64,000 nt of DNA from Candidatus Woesearchaeota archaeon (GTDB lineage Archaea > Nanobdellota > Nanobdellia > Woesearchaeales > UBA10216), in assembly GCA_016185705.1 (NCBI GenBank), contig JACPMZ010000005.1, positions 128-64,127 of the forward strand, in the 5' to 3' direction. The notes beneath the pieces are model-generated. The model made no database searches. It saw only the letters and a list, made by a program, of their open reading frames with translations, and was not told the origin of the DNA. Numbering within the stretch: the first letter of the stretch is position 1; every line of letters starts with the position of its first letter. Positions 47,794-57,581 of this stretch are shown here, one piece after another. A program made the position numbers and the translations under genes.

Positions 47794-48204
47794 TTAAACA
47801 ACCTTTATCTCCTTCACATCAAAATACCTTCTGGCAGCAGCTTCATAATTTCTTAAGTTTGAGCCAGCCCTGCCAATGATGTAGCCGCGGCTTTCGGGCT
47901 CAGGAGTTATTGTTACAATGCCCTCCCTGAATTCAATGCCTTTCGCTTTGAGCGGCATGAGAAGGTTGCGCACAAATTCTTCAACGCTGCCAGCGAATGC
48001 CACTATCCTGATTTTTCTGTTCAGAGCCCTTTCCATGCTTCTGGCATTGGCGCCGTTCCTGCCAATCGCTTTTGAAATATCCGAGCTGACAACAAAAGTC
48101 AGCACCTTATTGTTGTCCAGAAAACAATCCTTTAGCCGTGCATGCGTGCGGGACTCAAAAAAGTACATCAGCTTCATCAATTGATTGTCGTATTTGATCC
48201 TCAT
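47794..48204 (-). CDS. nusA: archaeal NusA-like KH-domain transcription factor
   Basis: Two KH-like GxxG segments (AIGRNGANARS; IIGRAGSNLRN). Conserved position between rpl30e and rps12. ATGA overlap with rpl30e. Confidence 0.85.
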   Translation of the reverse strand: MRIKYDNQLMKLMYFFESRTHARLKDCFLDNNKVLTFVVSSDISKAIGRNGANARSMERALNRKIRIVAFAGSVEEFVRNLLMPLKAKGIEFREGIVTITPEPESRGYIIGRAGSNLRNYEAAARRYFDVKEIKVV

Positions 48205-48464
48205 TGTTTCAGAAGTCCAACAGCGGAAACCGAAAATGGCTTTTTGCAGACAACGCCGAGCTCGTCATTCGGCATCTCCAGGCTCTCAACAGAACATCCC
48301 CCAAGGCCGCAGTAATATGCCACGTCCTTCTTCACAGAATCCGGACAATTGTTTGAGAGAAACACCTTGGAAACATTGCCGAGCTTCATCTGTTTCAAAA
48401 TAATCTTTGCGCCGAGCACCAGACGCTTATTCTTCAGGTTTGCCTTGATTTCATCAACGCCCAT
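48201..48464 (-). CDS. rpl30e: 50S ribosomal protein L30e
   Basis: LVLGAKIILKQMKLGNVSKVFLSNNCP...ELGVVCKKPFSVSAVGLL. TTTAAATA at 48488-48495. Confidence 0.88.
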   Translation of the reverse strand: MGVDEIKANLKNKRLVLGAKIILKQMKLGNVSKVFLSNNCPDSVKKDVAYYCGLGGCSVESLEMPNDELGVVCKKPFSVSAVGLLKQ

Positions 48465-48610
48465 AGCAGTTACGAATCAGCAACGTGTTTAAATAGTTTG
48501 CGGAGTTGCCGACTTTGTCCGATTAGTTGTTCCTGACCGAATAGTAGCCAAACTGTCCGAAAAGTGAATAACAAACATATTTATAAATAAAAAGAATATT
48601 GTCTTTCGTA

Positions 48611-49711
48611 ATGAGGGCACACATAATTAATTGTTCAGAAGAAATACTTAATAGCTTCTTAAATGAAGGTTTTATTGCAGTTGGTGTAGCAACACCAAAA
48701 GAGAATACATCTGGCTCTAAACGTGCGGCTCTTTTCGCCAATTACAGCATGATAGCAGATATGAAAGCGGTTAAAAGAGGGGACATTATTTTCATACACG
48801 TAGGACAAAAGATACACGGCATTTTTGAAGCAGCCACTGAGTTTTTAGAAAACCCCGATTGCAGTAGATTCTATAAGAGCGAGAATCTTAAATACGCACT
48901 ATGGGAGAATAATAGGACATTTCCAGCAGAACATTTTGTAAGGCAAATAGCTATAAAACCACATAAAGATTTATGCTTTGAAAAAGGGTTTGATTCTGAA
49001 GAAGTGTTTAAGCTTAAAAGTGCTGGAAAGGTATGGACGGTTCCAGATAGGTGGAAATATACAGATGCCAGCAGAACAGTAAGACCACTCACTCCGATAG
49101 AAGCCAACGAACTGAAAACTATTTTGCTTAGAGAAAATGTGGAAGGTAATTTAAGAACATTTTCCCCTAAAGATTTATCAGGATTTAATAAACTCAGTTT
49201 AATGCTTGAACCACAAGATTCAGGAAAATTAGCAAACGAAAAAATACTAGAATCGTGGATATTAGATAATCTAACCCTGAACGGGGATAACCAATCAGAA
49301 TATGAGAACATTACGAGAACAATTGGTCGCTGCGACTATTTCGGGAATAACATACCAGCTTTTTACTTAAACTTTATTGATATTTTTGGTTACGTGGAAA
49401 AAGATGAAGAAATATTAAAATACAAGGTAATTGAATTAAAAAGAGATGGGCTTACAGATTCTAATTGGAATAGCGATAAAAACGAATTAAAACAGCTTAT
49501 CAATTACCTTGATTGGGTTGTAAAAATAAAGGCGAAAGGAGATAGTAAAAAAGTAGAAGGCGTTCTTGTAGCTAAAAGATTTTCTGACAAGTATAAGCAT
49601 TACGTAAAAGAAAGAAGCAAGGTTGAAAGCGGCAATAGAATACGTTTGGTGGCATATGATGTAGAGGAAAACAGAGGACAATTTAACGTAAAATTAAATT
49701 TGATTGATTAA
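48611..49711 (+). CDS. candidate restriction endonuclease: PUA/EVE-like N-domain fused to a NucS/DUF91-like PD-(D/E)xK nuclease domain
   Basis: N-terminal ...MKAVKRGDIIFIHVGQKIHGIFEAA. C-terminal ...EKILESWILDNL...FIDIFGYV...YKVIELKRD...LKQLINYLDW. The track start at 48599 is a TTG. The ATG at 48611 is about 27 nt from TATTTATAAATA (48578-48589). Confidence 0.6.
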   Translation: MRAHIINCSEEILNSFLNEGFIAVGVATPKENTSGSKRAALFANYSMIADMKAVKRGDIIFIHVGQKIHGIFEAATEFLENPDCSRFYKSENLKYALWENNRTFPAEHFVRQIAIKPHKDLCFEKGFDSEEVFKLKSAGKVWTVPDRWKYTDASRTVRPLTPIEANELKTILLRENVEGNLRTFSPKDLSGFNKLSLMLEPQDSGKLANEKILESWILDNLTLNGDNQSEYENITRTIGRCDYFGNNIPAFYLNFIDIFGYVEKDEEILKYKVIELKRDGLTDSNWNSDKNELKQLINYLDWVVKIKAKGDSKKVEGVLVAKRFSDKYKHYVKERSKVESGNRIRLVAYDVEENRGQFNVKLNLID

Positions 49712-49713
49712 AT

Positions 49714-50670
49714 TCATTCAAAGAAAAGGTATTTACCACTATACCCTTCAATTCCAACATTCTCTTTAATTATTTTTTTAAATGTTTTATCAATTTCATA
49801 ACCAATAGAGTTCCGTTGTAATTCTTCAGCAACCATAGAAGTTGTTCCAGTCCCTAAAAAGGGGTCAAGCACAATGTCTTTCTTTATTGAAAACATCTTA
49901 ATTAATCTACAGGGTATTTCGGAAGGAAAAGCAGCAGTTCTCCTTTTGGTTAAGTGGTTTTCTTGCTTTATGCCACGTATATCATCCCATATCTGACTAA
50001 ACCAAACATCACGTTCATCTTTTGTAATGGCGCTTTCATACCTTAAAGAATCATTAACGTCAAATTTTCTTAAATTTCCTTTCCTAAAAATTAAAACGTA
50101 TTCCGAATCTAAAGTAACATACGCATTCGGAGGTAAAAATCCAGAGCCAAGAAAGGCATTTGGTTTATTTGTCGGCTTTTTCCAAATAACATAAGGTAGT
50201 GAGGTAAATCCTGTTTTTTCACAAAGTTCAATCGTTCTTGCATGATTAGGAAATAATCTAAATAACCCGTTCATTTTTCTAGTTGCATCACCAACGTTAA
50301 TACAAAGCATTCCACCATCTACCAACACGCGATAGGATTCTTTCCATACATCGTTCAGAACATTATGCATTTCGTTGTAAATCTTATCTAGAACCTTTTC
50401 CTTTTCTTTATCCGCTTCAGTAGAGTGAAAATCAATAAATAAATTCGCTATTTTGGCACTTTGCTTTTTAAAGGGTTCATCCCACATTTCAATCATGGGG
50501 TAGGGTGGTGAAGTAACAATAAGATGGACGGAATCGGATTTTATCTCGCTCATGTTTCTGCTGTCTTTAAAGAATATTTTATGAATCGTGGTATCATTAG
50601 CTTGTTTTCCTTTTCTTTTTATTTCAATCAATTCGCCCTCTGACATTTCCTTATTCTTTTTTTTTGTCAT
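49714..50670 (-). CDS. N4/N6 DNA methyltransferase (beta class, PF01555-like)
   Basis: LIVTSPPYPM (motif IV) precedes DPFLGTGTT (motif I). Start trimmed to the ATG at 50670 (MTKKKNK), directly after the stop of the upstream zinc-ribbon ORF. Confidence 0.88.
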   Translation of the reverse strand: MTKKKNKEMSEGELIEIKRKGKQANDTTIHKIFFKDSRNMSEIKSDSVHLIVTSPPYPMIEMWDEPFKKQSAKIANLFIDFHSTEADKEKEKVLDKIYNEMHNVLNDVWKESYRVLVDGGMLCINVGDATRKMNGLFRLFPNHARTIELCEKTGFTSLPYVIWKKPTNKPNAFLGSGFLPPNAYVTLDSEYVLIFRKGNLRKFDVNDSLRYESAITKDERDVWFSQIWDDIRGIKQENHLTKRRTAAFPSEIPCRLIKMFSIKKDIVLDPFLGTGTTSMVAEELQRNSIGYEIDKTFKKIIKENVGIEGYSGKYLFFE

Positions 50671-50672
50671 TT

Positions 50673-50897
50673 TTATTCTTTTTGGTTTTCTCGTCGTAAA
50701 TTTTTCGGTTTTCCCGTAAATTTTTCGGTTTTCCGAGGAGTTTTCCAGTAAGGACTCTTGCAATGTGGGCACACTATAGGAAGCTCTTTTAGGTTGTATG
50801 GTCGCCATTCGTGCCCGCATCTATAGCATTTGTGACCTTCAATCAGAATGTTAGCTCCCGCAGCACCTCTCTGCATATTCTTCTCATTTTGTGCCAT
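50673..50897 (-). CDS. small zinc-ribbon protein preceding the methyltransferase
   Basis: CYRC...CPHC. TATA CTATATAAAC at 50921-50930, about 28 nt from the ATG. Confidence 0.5.
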   Translation of the reverse strand: MAQNEKNMQRGAAGANILIEGHKCYRCGHEWRPYNLKELPIVCPHCKSPYWKTPRKTEKFTGKPKNLRRENQKE

Positions 50898-51068
50898 AAG
50901 TATTTAATGTTTGCCTTCGCCTATATAAACATTTGTATTATGTAATCTACATTATGGTATCTACTATATATTATTGATGGGATTATACCGATTATCTTCT
51001 CCAGAAGCTAAATGTTTATATAGTAGATAGTATATACCTATCAACAATATAACGAAAGGTGAGTAAAA

Positions 51069-51712
51069 ATGGAGCAAGAACAGGTTGAAGTAAGGAAGGA
51101 GAGAGGGCGTGAAATCGCCAAGAACAGCAGGATAACCCAGAAGGGCAACAAGTGGATAGTGCCAAGCCAAACAGGAACGGGAGCTTATACGGTTGTCAGT
51201 AACGGCTTTGAGGCAACCTGCACATGCCCCGACTACGAAACCCGAAGGTGTAAGTGTAAGCACGTCTGGGCTGTTGAACTGACGGTTACGAAAGAGGTAG
51301 ATGCTCAGGGTAACGTAACCATCACAAAGACGGTTCGCAAGACGTATTCGCAGGATTGGCATAATTACAACGTGGCACAGGAGCAAACGCCTTCATTCCT
51401 TTCAAGACGAACAGCCAGCCGAATGGTAATGGTATGCTGTGGAAGAAAATGTATTACTACTTCCAACTGCACAACGAAGAGTTCTTGCAGCACTACCACA
51501 AGCGAAGCAATGTGGAAAGCACCGTATTTATGATAAAATCAAAGTTCGGGGACGCTGTAAGAAGCAAAACTTGGACGGCACAAGTAAACGAAGTATTGTG
51601 CAAGATAATCTGCCACAATCTTTACTGCGTAATAATGGAAATGCACACGCTCGGCATAAGTGCTGATTTTGACCGAAAAGTGCGGGAGGTATCCGAAAAG
51701 TCAGCGTTTTAA
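51069..51712 (+). pseudogene. decayed transposase: SWIM-zinc-finger N-terminus and DDE C-terminal end, catalytic core missing
   Basis: CTCPDYETRRCKCKHVWAV (SWIM). After a frame change, YHKRSNVESTVFMIKSKFGDAVRSKTWTAQVNEVLCKIICHNL parallels the C-terminus of the IS at 21828. The region between them is too short for a DDE core. Confidence 0.6.
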
Positions 51713-51779
51713 GACACTAACCGGACAAAGCCGGAGTTGCCAATATCTCCGCAGGTAATTTGCTTTGCTCGCCTGCAAC

Positions 51780-51832
51780 CACGTCCTGTTTCCTCCCCCT
51801 TAAATTTCGAAGGGAGGAGGAAACAGGACGTG
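51780..51832. repeat. hairpin of the same family between convergent genes, nested in a longer inverted repeat
   Basis: CACGTCCTGTTTCCTCC.. ..GGAGGAAACAGGACGTG. Outer arms ATATCTCCGCA (about 51743) and TGCGGAGATA (about 51853). Confidence 0.85.
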
Positions 51833-52108
51833 GAAGGAAAAATAGTCCAGTTGCGGAGATACTGTATTGCTAAGTTATCAGGTGTTGCTAAAATGTCAGA
51901 ATTTTCCATCAGTCGTTTGGACTGTGTCCAAACAACAGAATTCCAAACGTGGAATTCTGAGTGCCAGAAACCCGTGTTTCTGAGCACCTACGAACGATAG
52001 TGAGTATGTTTGACTGGTGGTTCTTTAGATTTAAGCAGCGGATATTCCGCAGCAGTAACGCAGTGGGAACATTTACCGGTATTAGCAGAAGCCGCAGCAG
52101 TAAGGCGA

Positions 52109-53233
52109 TTACTTTTTCTGCTCTTCCTTCATCGCAAGCTTTACCATGCCAGTGCCTACGGGCACGGGCTGGTTTATCATGACGTTTTCAACTACAGAAT
52201 TCAGGTAATCTGTCTCGCCGTGAAGGCTGGCGTCAATAAGGTGCTTGATGGGCGTCTCAAATGATGCGCGCGCAAGCACGCTGACTTTTTCCTTGACAGT
52301 GCCGTACCTTGTGATGCCGCGGATAACGCCTGAGTTGCACATTGTGTCAGCCACGAGCATCATGTGGCGGATATCGACATTCAAACCCTGGTTCTCTATG
52401 ACCTTGTAAACCTCGTTTATAATGGCCTGCCTTGCTGCTTCTATGCCCAGCACAGCTTCTATTTCAAAAATATCGTTTGAAACAGTCCTTGTGACATCCA
52501 CCATGGGCATCTGCAAAATTTTCTTAAGATTGGTGCCGGCAGTGATTATAATGAACTCATTGCCCCGCTTGACAGGCAGCACCTGCGAAATTCCCTTAAC
52601 GCCTTTAATAACAAGGGTCTTTATTTTCTCCTTCATCTTGAAAATTGCGTTCACGCCTTCTTCTTTCTTCTTAAGCCTGAACGATATGAACTCCTTTCTC
52701 AGGTCAACGCTGACGCCCTTTATCTGCCCTTTGAGAGCTGAGACCACGCCCGGCTTTGTCATGCCTATCTCTGCAAGCTTGGCATCGTCGGGAATCACCT
52801 CAATTCTTGAATCTGCCAGGTTGATGGTAATCTCGGAAGCAACATCCCTGAGCAAAGTTTCCTTTATAGACAGGGCAATTTTCTTTATGTCCTGGCCCTG
52901 CGAATACGGTTTCTCAAGATAAATGTCCATCATCGGGGTTGTAATGTTTTTCCTGCCGTCCAGAACTTCAATAATCCTCGGCAGCCCCATCGTAATGTTC
53001 ATCTCGGCAACGCCTGCAAAATGGAATGTGTTGAGCGTCATCTGCGTGCTGGGCTCGCCTATGGACTCTGCTGCCACCAGGCCGACTGACTCGCCGGGGC
53101 TGACCTGCATATTGTTAAATTCCTCTGAAACCTTTCCCAGCACTGCCTTTAGCTTGGAAGCCGGAGCTTCGCCTTTAACCCTGCTTAAAACGCCCTGCGG
53201 CAGGTATTCAAACTCTTTGGGTATGTCAGCCAT
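52109..53233 (-). CDS. rpoA2: DNA-directed RNA polymerase subunit A''
   Basis: Conserved ...[17 protein letters not shown]... trigger-loop region. Directly follows A'. Confidence 0.95.
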   Translation of the reverse strand: MADIPKEFEYLPQGVLSRVKGEAPASKLKAVLGKVSEEFNNMQVSPGESVGLVAAESIGEPSTQMTLNTFHFAGVAEMNITMGLPRIIEVLDGRKNITTPMMDIYLEKPYSQGQDIKKIALSIKETLLRDVASEITINLADSRIEVIPDDAKLAEIGMTKPGVVSALKGQIKGVSVDLRKEFISFRLKKKEEGVNAIFKMKEKIKTLVIKGVKGISQVLPVKRGNEFIIITAGTNLKKILQMPMVDVTRTVSNDIFEIEAVLGIEAARQAIINEVYKVIENQGLNVDIRHMMLVADTMCNSGVIRGITRYGTVKEKVSVLARASFETPIKHLIDASLHGETDYLNSVVENVMINQPVPVGTGMVKLAMKEEQKK

Positions 53234-55780
53234 TTATTTCACCTTGCTTATGATTCTTGAAACATTGATTGTGCCGCCTTCAGACTTGGAAACATCAACG
53301 CCATCCTCGCCATAGGCAAACTGAATTATGCGGCCTGAAGCGTCCCTGACAGTGCCGTCATACTCAACGCGCAAATCCTGCATAGCGTTTGACAGCCGCC
53401 TGTACAAATATCCTGATTTGGGCGTCCGCAGTGCTGTGTCCATCAGCGAATCGCGCCCGACCATTGCCTGGAAGAAGAACTCTGCCGGCTTAAGGCCGCT
53501 TTTAAAACAGCTTCGTATAAAGCCATGTGCCTCGCTGCCCAGATCATTTGGCTTGAAATAGGAAAGCGTGCGGTTCTTGAAGCCCTTCTCAATGCGCTTG
53601 CCGCGCAAAGCCTGCTGGCCAACGCTGCCTGCAATCTGGGCAAGGTTCAGCAAATTTCCGCGAGCCCCGGAATTAGCCATAATCAGGGTGTGGGAGTCGC
53701 GGTTGGCGAATTTGGCAACAACATGGCCTGTATCATTCCTCGCCCTGGTCAATAATTCCAGAATCTTAAGCTCAAGAGTTTCCCTGGCAGTCCTGCCTGG
53801 GAATGTGTCAAGGCTGTTGGCGTTAAACTGGGAGACCAGCTCCTGCACCTCAACCTCGGCATCTGCGAAAATTTTGCTTATGCTGTCATGCGCTTCATCA
53901 GGCAAATCAGTGTCAGCTATGGTCGTAGTGAATCCTCGTCTTATCAAAACGCTTACGCCAAGTCGGAACAGCTTTCCAAGGAAATCAACAGCAAATGCCT
54001 CGCCATACTTTTTGTGAATATTCCTGAGCATCAGACCGCTGCCTTCGCCAAGATTGTTCTTGTCCATAACCCCGGAGACCAGCTTTCCGCCCTTGATAAC
54101 CACCTCGGGCTCAGCAGACGAGCGCGACTTTCCAACAAAGTCAAAATCAGCCGGAAGCAGCGCGCTGAAAATCTCCTTGCCGCTGACACTCTCCCTCTTG
54201 GGAAGCCTGCTGAGTTCGCTGACGCCAATGGAGGAAAGCATGTCAACAGCAGCGTGGCGCGGCATCGAAAAATCTTCCCTTGTCAAAAGATAGTTGCCGG
54301 AGATTGCATCCTGCACGCAGCCAATCACTGACAAGCCATATCTGGGGCTGATAAGCTGCGTCTGAACAAGCATAAGGTGCTCTGCCTCAGCGCGGGACTC
54401 CTCAGTCTGGGGAATGTGCAGGTTCATCTCATCGCCGTCAAAATCCGCATTATAAGGGAAGCACACAGCCGGATTCAGGCGGAGCGTCTTATACGGAAGA
54501 ACCCTGATGTTGTGGCACATCATGCTCATCCTGTGCAGGGATGGCTGGCGGTTAAAGATTGCCTTGTCGCCATCCATCAAATGGCGCTCAACAACATAGC
54601 CGGGCTGCATCTCCTCCAGAGTGGCCTCAATAATGTCCTCAGTGAGCTTCTTCTTCTTTCCATCAGGGCGGATGACATAATTGGCGCCAGGATACTTCTT
54701 TGGCCCGTTCTTCACAAAATTTTTCAGGTACTCCATATTCCATTCGGTAACGCGTTCAGGCACAGTCAGCTTCAGGGCCATAATCTCAGGAACGCCAACC
54801 TCGTTAAGCTCAAGCATGGGATCAGGGCTGATAACTGTGCGCGCAGAGAAATTAGTGCGCTTTCCAACAAGGTTGTGGCGTATTCTGCCTTCCTTGCTGC
54901 GGATGCGCTCGCTGATGGTCTTAAGCGGCTGGCCTGAGCGGTGCCGCGCAGGAGGCAGCTGGGCAACATCGTTGTCAAAAAACGTAGTTATGTGGTACTG
55001 GAGCAGGTCCCAAAGGTCTTCCACAATAATCTCAGGAGCGCCGGCATTGATGTTCTCAAACAGGCGCTGGTTAATCCTGACAATATCGCCGAGCTTGTGC
55101 GTCAAATCATCCTCTGAGCGCTCGCCTGTTTCCAGCGTAATGGAAGGCCTCATCGTGACAGGCGGAATGGGAAAAACAGTCAGAACCATCCATTCAGGCC
55201 GGACAGCACCAACATTCAGGCCGAAGGCCTCTGCATCCGCATCAGGAATCTTCTCCAGTCTGGAACGTATCTCGATAGGAGAAATCCTGCGCTCATTCTC
55301 AAAAAAAGTTGTGGGCTTTTCAACAGTAATCTTGTACTGGCGAGCTTTGCAGTGAGGGCACTTATTGCCTGTTTTCGAGCTTGCTATGGAATCCTTAATC
55401 CTGCTCCTTTTCACGCCTTTTCCGCCAAGCTGCTGAATCTTGGAGTCAGGCAGCAAAATCCTGGAGCAGTCCCGGCAGGTGGTGCGCAGCAAAGACAGCA
55501 CAACATTGACATAGCTGAGATGAATGACCGGCCTTGCCAGCGATATGTATCCGAAATGCCCTATGCACTCTTTCAGGCGGGAGCCGCAGGTCTTGCACCG
55601 CAGCCCGGGATCAATAACGCCGAGGCGGACGTCCATGAGGCCGCCGTCTACAGGATAGCCCTCCTTGTCATACAGCTCAGGGGTAACAACCTTGGCTGCC
55701 GCCATTTTCTTAATCAGCTTGGGGCTGAGCACTGCAAACGACACGCTTCCAACCCTTTTGTACACATAGCTGTCTTCCAT
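53234..55780 (-). CDS. rpoA1: DNA-directed RNA polymerase subunit A'
   Basis: Zn motif CKTCGSRLKECIGHFGY, the catalytic NADFDGDEMN, and RQPSLHRMS. Confidence 0.97.
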   Translation of the reverse strand: MEDSYVYKRVGSVSFAVLSPKLIKKMAAAKVVTPELYDKEGYPVDGGLMDVRLGVIDPGLRCKTCGSRLKECIGHFGYISLARPVIHLSYVNVVLSLLRTTCRDCSRILLPDSKIQQLGGKGVKRSRIKDSIASSKTGNKCPHCKARQYKITVEKPTTFFENERRISPIEIRSRLEKIPDADAEAFGLNVGAVRPEWMVLTVFPIPPVTMRPSITLETGERSEDDLTHKLGDIVRINQRLFENINAGAPEIIVEDLWDLLQYHITTFFDNDVAQLPPARHRSGQPLKTISERIRSKEGRIRHNLVGKRTNFSARTVISPDPMLELNEVGVPEIMALKLTVPERVTEWNMEYLKNFVKNGPKKYPGANYVIRPDGKKKKLTEDIIEATLEEMQPGYVVERHLMDGDKAIFNRQPSLHRMSMMCHNIRVLPYKTLRLNPAVCFPYNADFDGDEMNLHIPQTEESRAEAEHLMLVQTQLISPRYGLSVIGCVQDAISGNYLLTREDFSMPRHAAVDMLSSIGVSELSRLPKRESVSGKEIFSALLPADFDFVGKSRSSAEPEVVIKGGKLVSGVMDKNNLGEGSGLMLRNIHKKYGEAFAVDFLGKLFRLGVSVLIRRGFTTTIADTDLPDEAHDSISKIFADAEVEVQELVSQFNANSLDTFPGRTARETLELKILELLTRARNDTGHVVAKFANRDSHTLIMANSGARGNLLNLAQIAGSVGQQALRGKRIEKGFKNRTLSYFKPNDLGSEAHGFIRSCFKSGLKPAEFFFQAMVGRDSLMDTALRTPKSGYLYRRLSNAMQDLRVEYDGTVRDASGRIIQFAYGEDGVDVSKSEGGTINVSRIISKVK

Positions 55781-55781
55781 T

Positions 55782-57581
55782 TTAGTACTTGTTCACCAAT
55801 TTCAGCTTAGGATAGATGCACAGGTTCTTAAGCTCATCCAAAATCAGCTTAAACGAGTAAGAGAGCTCAACAAAGCTTGTCTCTGACTCTGAGCAGACCA
55901 TGCAATAAGCGCGCTTCTTGTACTCATCATAGACTGCAATCAGGCCGCAGTTATCGCAAACAGGAACAGTTGTTTTGTCAGAATCAAACCTCTCCTTTAA
56001 CAGCATTGAGCTGCCGTGAGCAACAAAGGTGTCCTTCTCCATCTCGCCCAAACGCAGGCCGCCCTCTTTGGCGCGGCCCTCGGTAGGCTGCCGCGTAAGC
56101 AGCTGAATAGGACCTCGAGCCCGTGAGTGAATCTTGTTTGCAACCATATGCTTCAGGCGCAGATAATAAATGCTGCCCACATAAATCCTGACGCTGAACG
56201 CCTCACCGGTTTCGCCGTTATACATGGTCTCAAGCCCGTTATCGCTGAAACCAAGCCGGAGAAGCTCCTTCCTGATATCTGCCTCAGACTCGGAATCAAA
56301 CACGCTGCCGTCAACATAACGGCCTGAAAGCGCTCCGGTCTTCCCGGCAACAAGCTCAATAAGATGCGCCATAGTCATCCTCGTAGGAATGCCGTGGGGG
56401 CTGAACAGAATATCAGGAACAATGCCGGAAGCGCTGAAAGGCATATCAGCATGGGGCACAATCAGCCCAATAACGCCCTTCTGCCCGTGGCGCGAAGTAA
56501 ACTTATCGCCGACTTCAGGAGTGCGGTCGTCGCGCAGCTTAACCTGGATAAGCCTGTTGCCTTCTGCGTTCTCAGTAAGAATAACCGTGTCCACCACGCC
56601 TGCCTCTCCGTGCTGCATTGCAGATGAGCTTTCACGCCTGGTCTCAGCAGACAAGCTGTATTCCTCCATGCCCGACAAAAATCTTGGAGGCGATGTCTTG
56701 CCAATCACCACATCGCCTTCTGCAACCTGCGCCTCAGGATAAACAATCCCGTCATCCTCCAAAAACCTGTAGTCGTGCTCGCTCCTGTAACCCTTAATAT
56801 CCTTCTCAGGAACAGAAATCTCATCAACAAGGCCGCCGGAGTAACGCAGCTCCTCAGCAACCATAGGCCTGTAATAGCTGCCCCTGCCCAACCCGCACTC
56901 AATAGAGCCGCGATTAATGACAACAGCATCCTCCATGTTATAGCCCTTGTAGCTCATAACAGCCACCACAAGATTCTGCCCGGCAGGATGCTTGGCATAA
57001 TCAACAATGTCATGCATGATTGTCTTCACCAAAGGAATCTGGGGATAATGCAGAAGGTTGACGTCCATGTCCATCCTGACCGGAAAATTGGCAGCATAAA
57101 ACCCGATTGCCTGCTTCTGATTCTTAGAGCCAGTATTAACCTTCTGCGCCGAATTGTAATTGGTAAAAGGAACCAGGCTCGTAGTCAGGCCAAACATTGC
57201 AAGAGGCGCAATATCCAGATGGGTGTGCTGACGCGTAAGCTCCCGCTTAAAAAAGGCAACATACGCATTTTCCTCCTCGGCAGCGTCAAGATATTCAACA
57301 ACGCCCTGCTTAATCAGATCAGACCAGCTCATTTCATTGCGCTGGAGCCTTTTAATGTGGTCTGCTGTCAGCAGCGGCTGTCCGTCTTTAACGACAATCA
57401 GCGGCCTTCGCAGCCTGCCCTTGAGAGACTCAACATTAACAGCGTCAATCTCCCGGTCATAATAAACATTGACATTAGCTGACAGCTGGCCAGCCCTTCT
57501 GCTCTGAATGAGCGCATCAGCAAACTTCTGGGGCTCATCAACAGTGCCCAAATACTTGCCGCTTAAATAAACGTCTGTCAC
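55782..57581 (-). CDS. rpoB1: DNA-directed RNA polymerase subunit B' (C-terminal half of split RpoB)
   Basis: ...SRHGQKGV..., GEMEKD-like motif LRLGEMEKD, and a C-terminal Zn ribbon CDNCG...CMVC. GTG start in a GTGA overlap with B''. Confidence 0.97.
   Translation of the reverse strand: MTDVYLSGKYLGTVDEPQKFADALIQSRRAGQLSANVNVYYDREIDAVNVESLKGRLRRPLIVVKDGQPLLTADHIKRLQRNEMSWSDLIKQGVVEYLDAAEEENAYVAFFKRELTRQHTHLDIAPLAMFGLTTSLVPFTNYNSAQKVNTGSKNQKQAIGFYAANFPVRMDMDVNLLHYPQIPLVKTIMHDIVDYAKHPAGQNLVVAVMSYKGYNMEDAVVINRGSIECGLGRGSYYRPMVAEELRYSGGLVDEISVPEKDIKGYRSEHDYRFLEDDGIVYPEAQVAEGDVVIGKTSPPRFLSGMEEYSLSAETRRESSSAMQHGEAGVVDTVILTENAEGNRLIQVKLRDDRTPEVGDKFTSRHGQKGVIGLIVPHADMPFSASGIVPDILFSPHGIPTRMTMAHLIELVAGKTGALSGRYVDGSVFDSESEADIRKELLRLGFSDNGLETMYNGETGEAFSVRIYVGSIYYLRLKHMVANKIHSRARGPIQLLTRQPTEGRAKEGGLRLGEMEKDTFVAHGSSMLLKERFDSDKTTVPVCDNCGLIAVYDEYKKRAYCMVCSESETSFVELSYSFKLILDELKNLCIYPKLKLVNKY

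Noticed and set aside
50671-50820. ORF-track N-terminal extension of the methyltransferase, overlapping the zinc-ribbon ORF.
   Set aside because: The methyltransferase homology starts after MTKKKNK. The ATG at 50670 abuts the stop of the upstream zinc-ribbon gene, which has its own well-spaced TATA.
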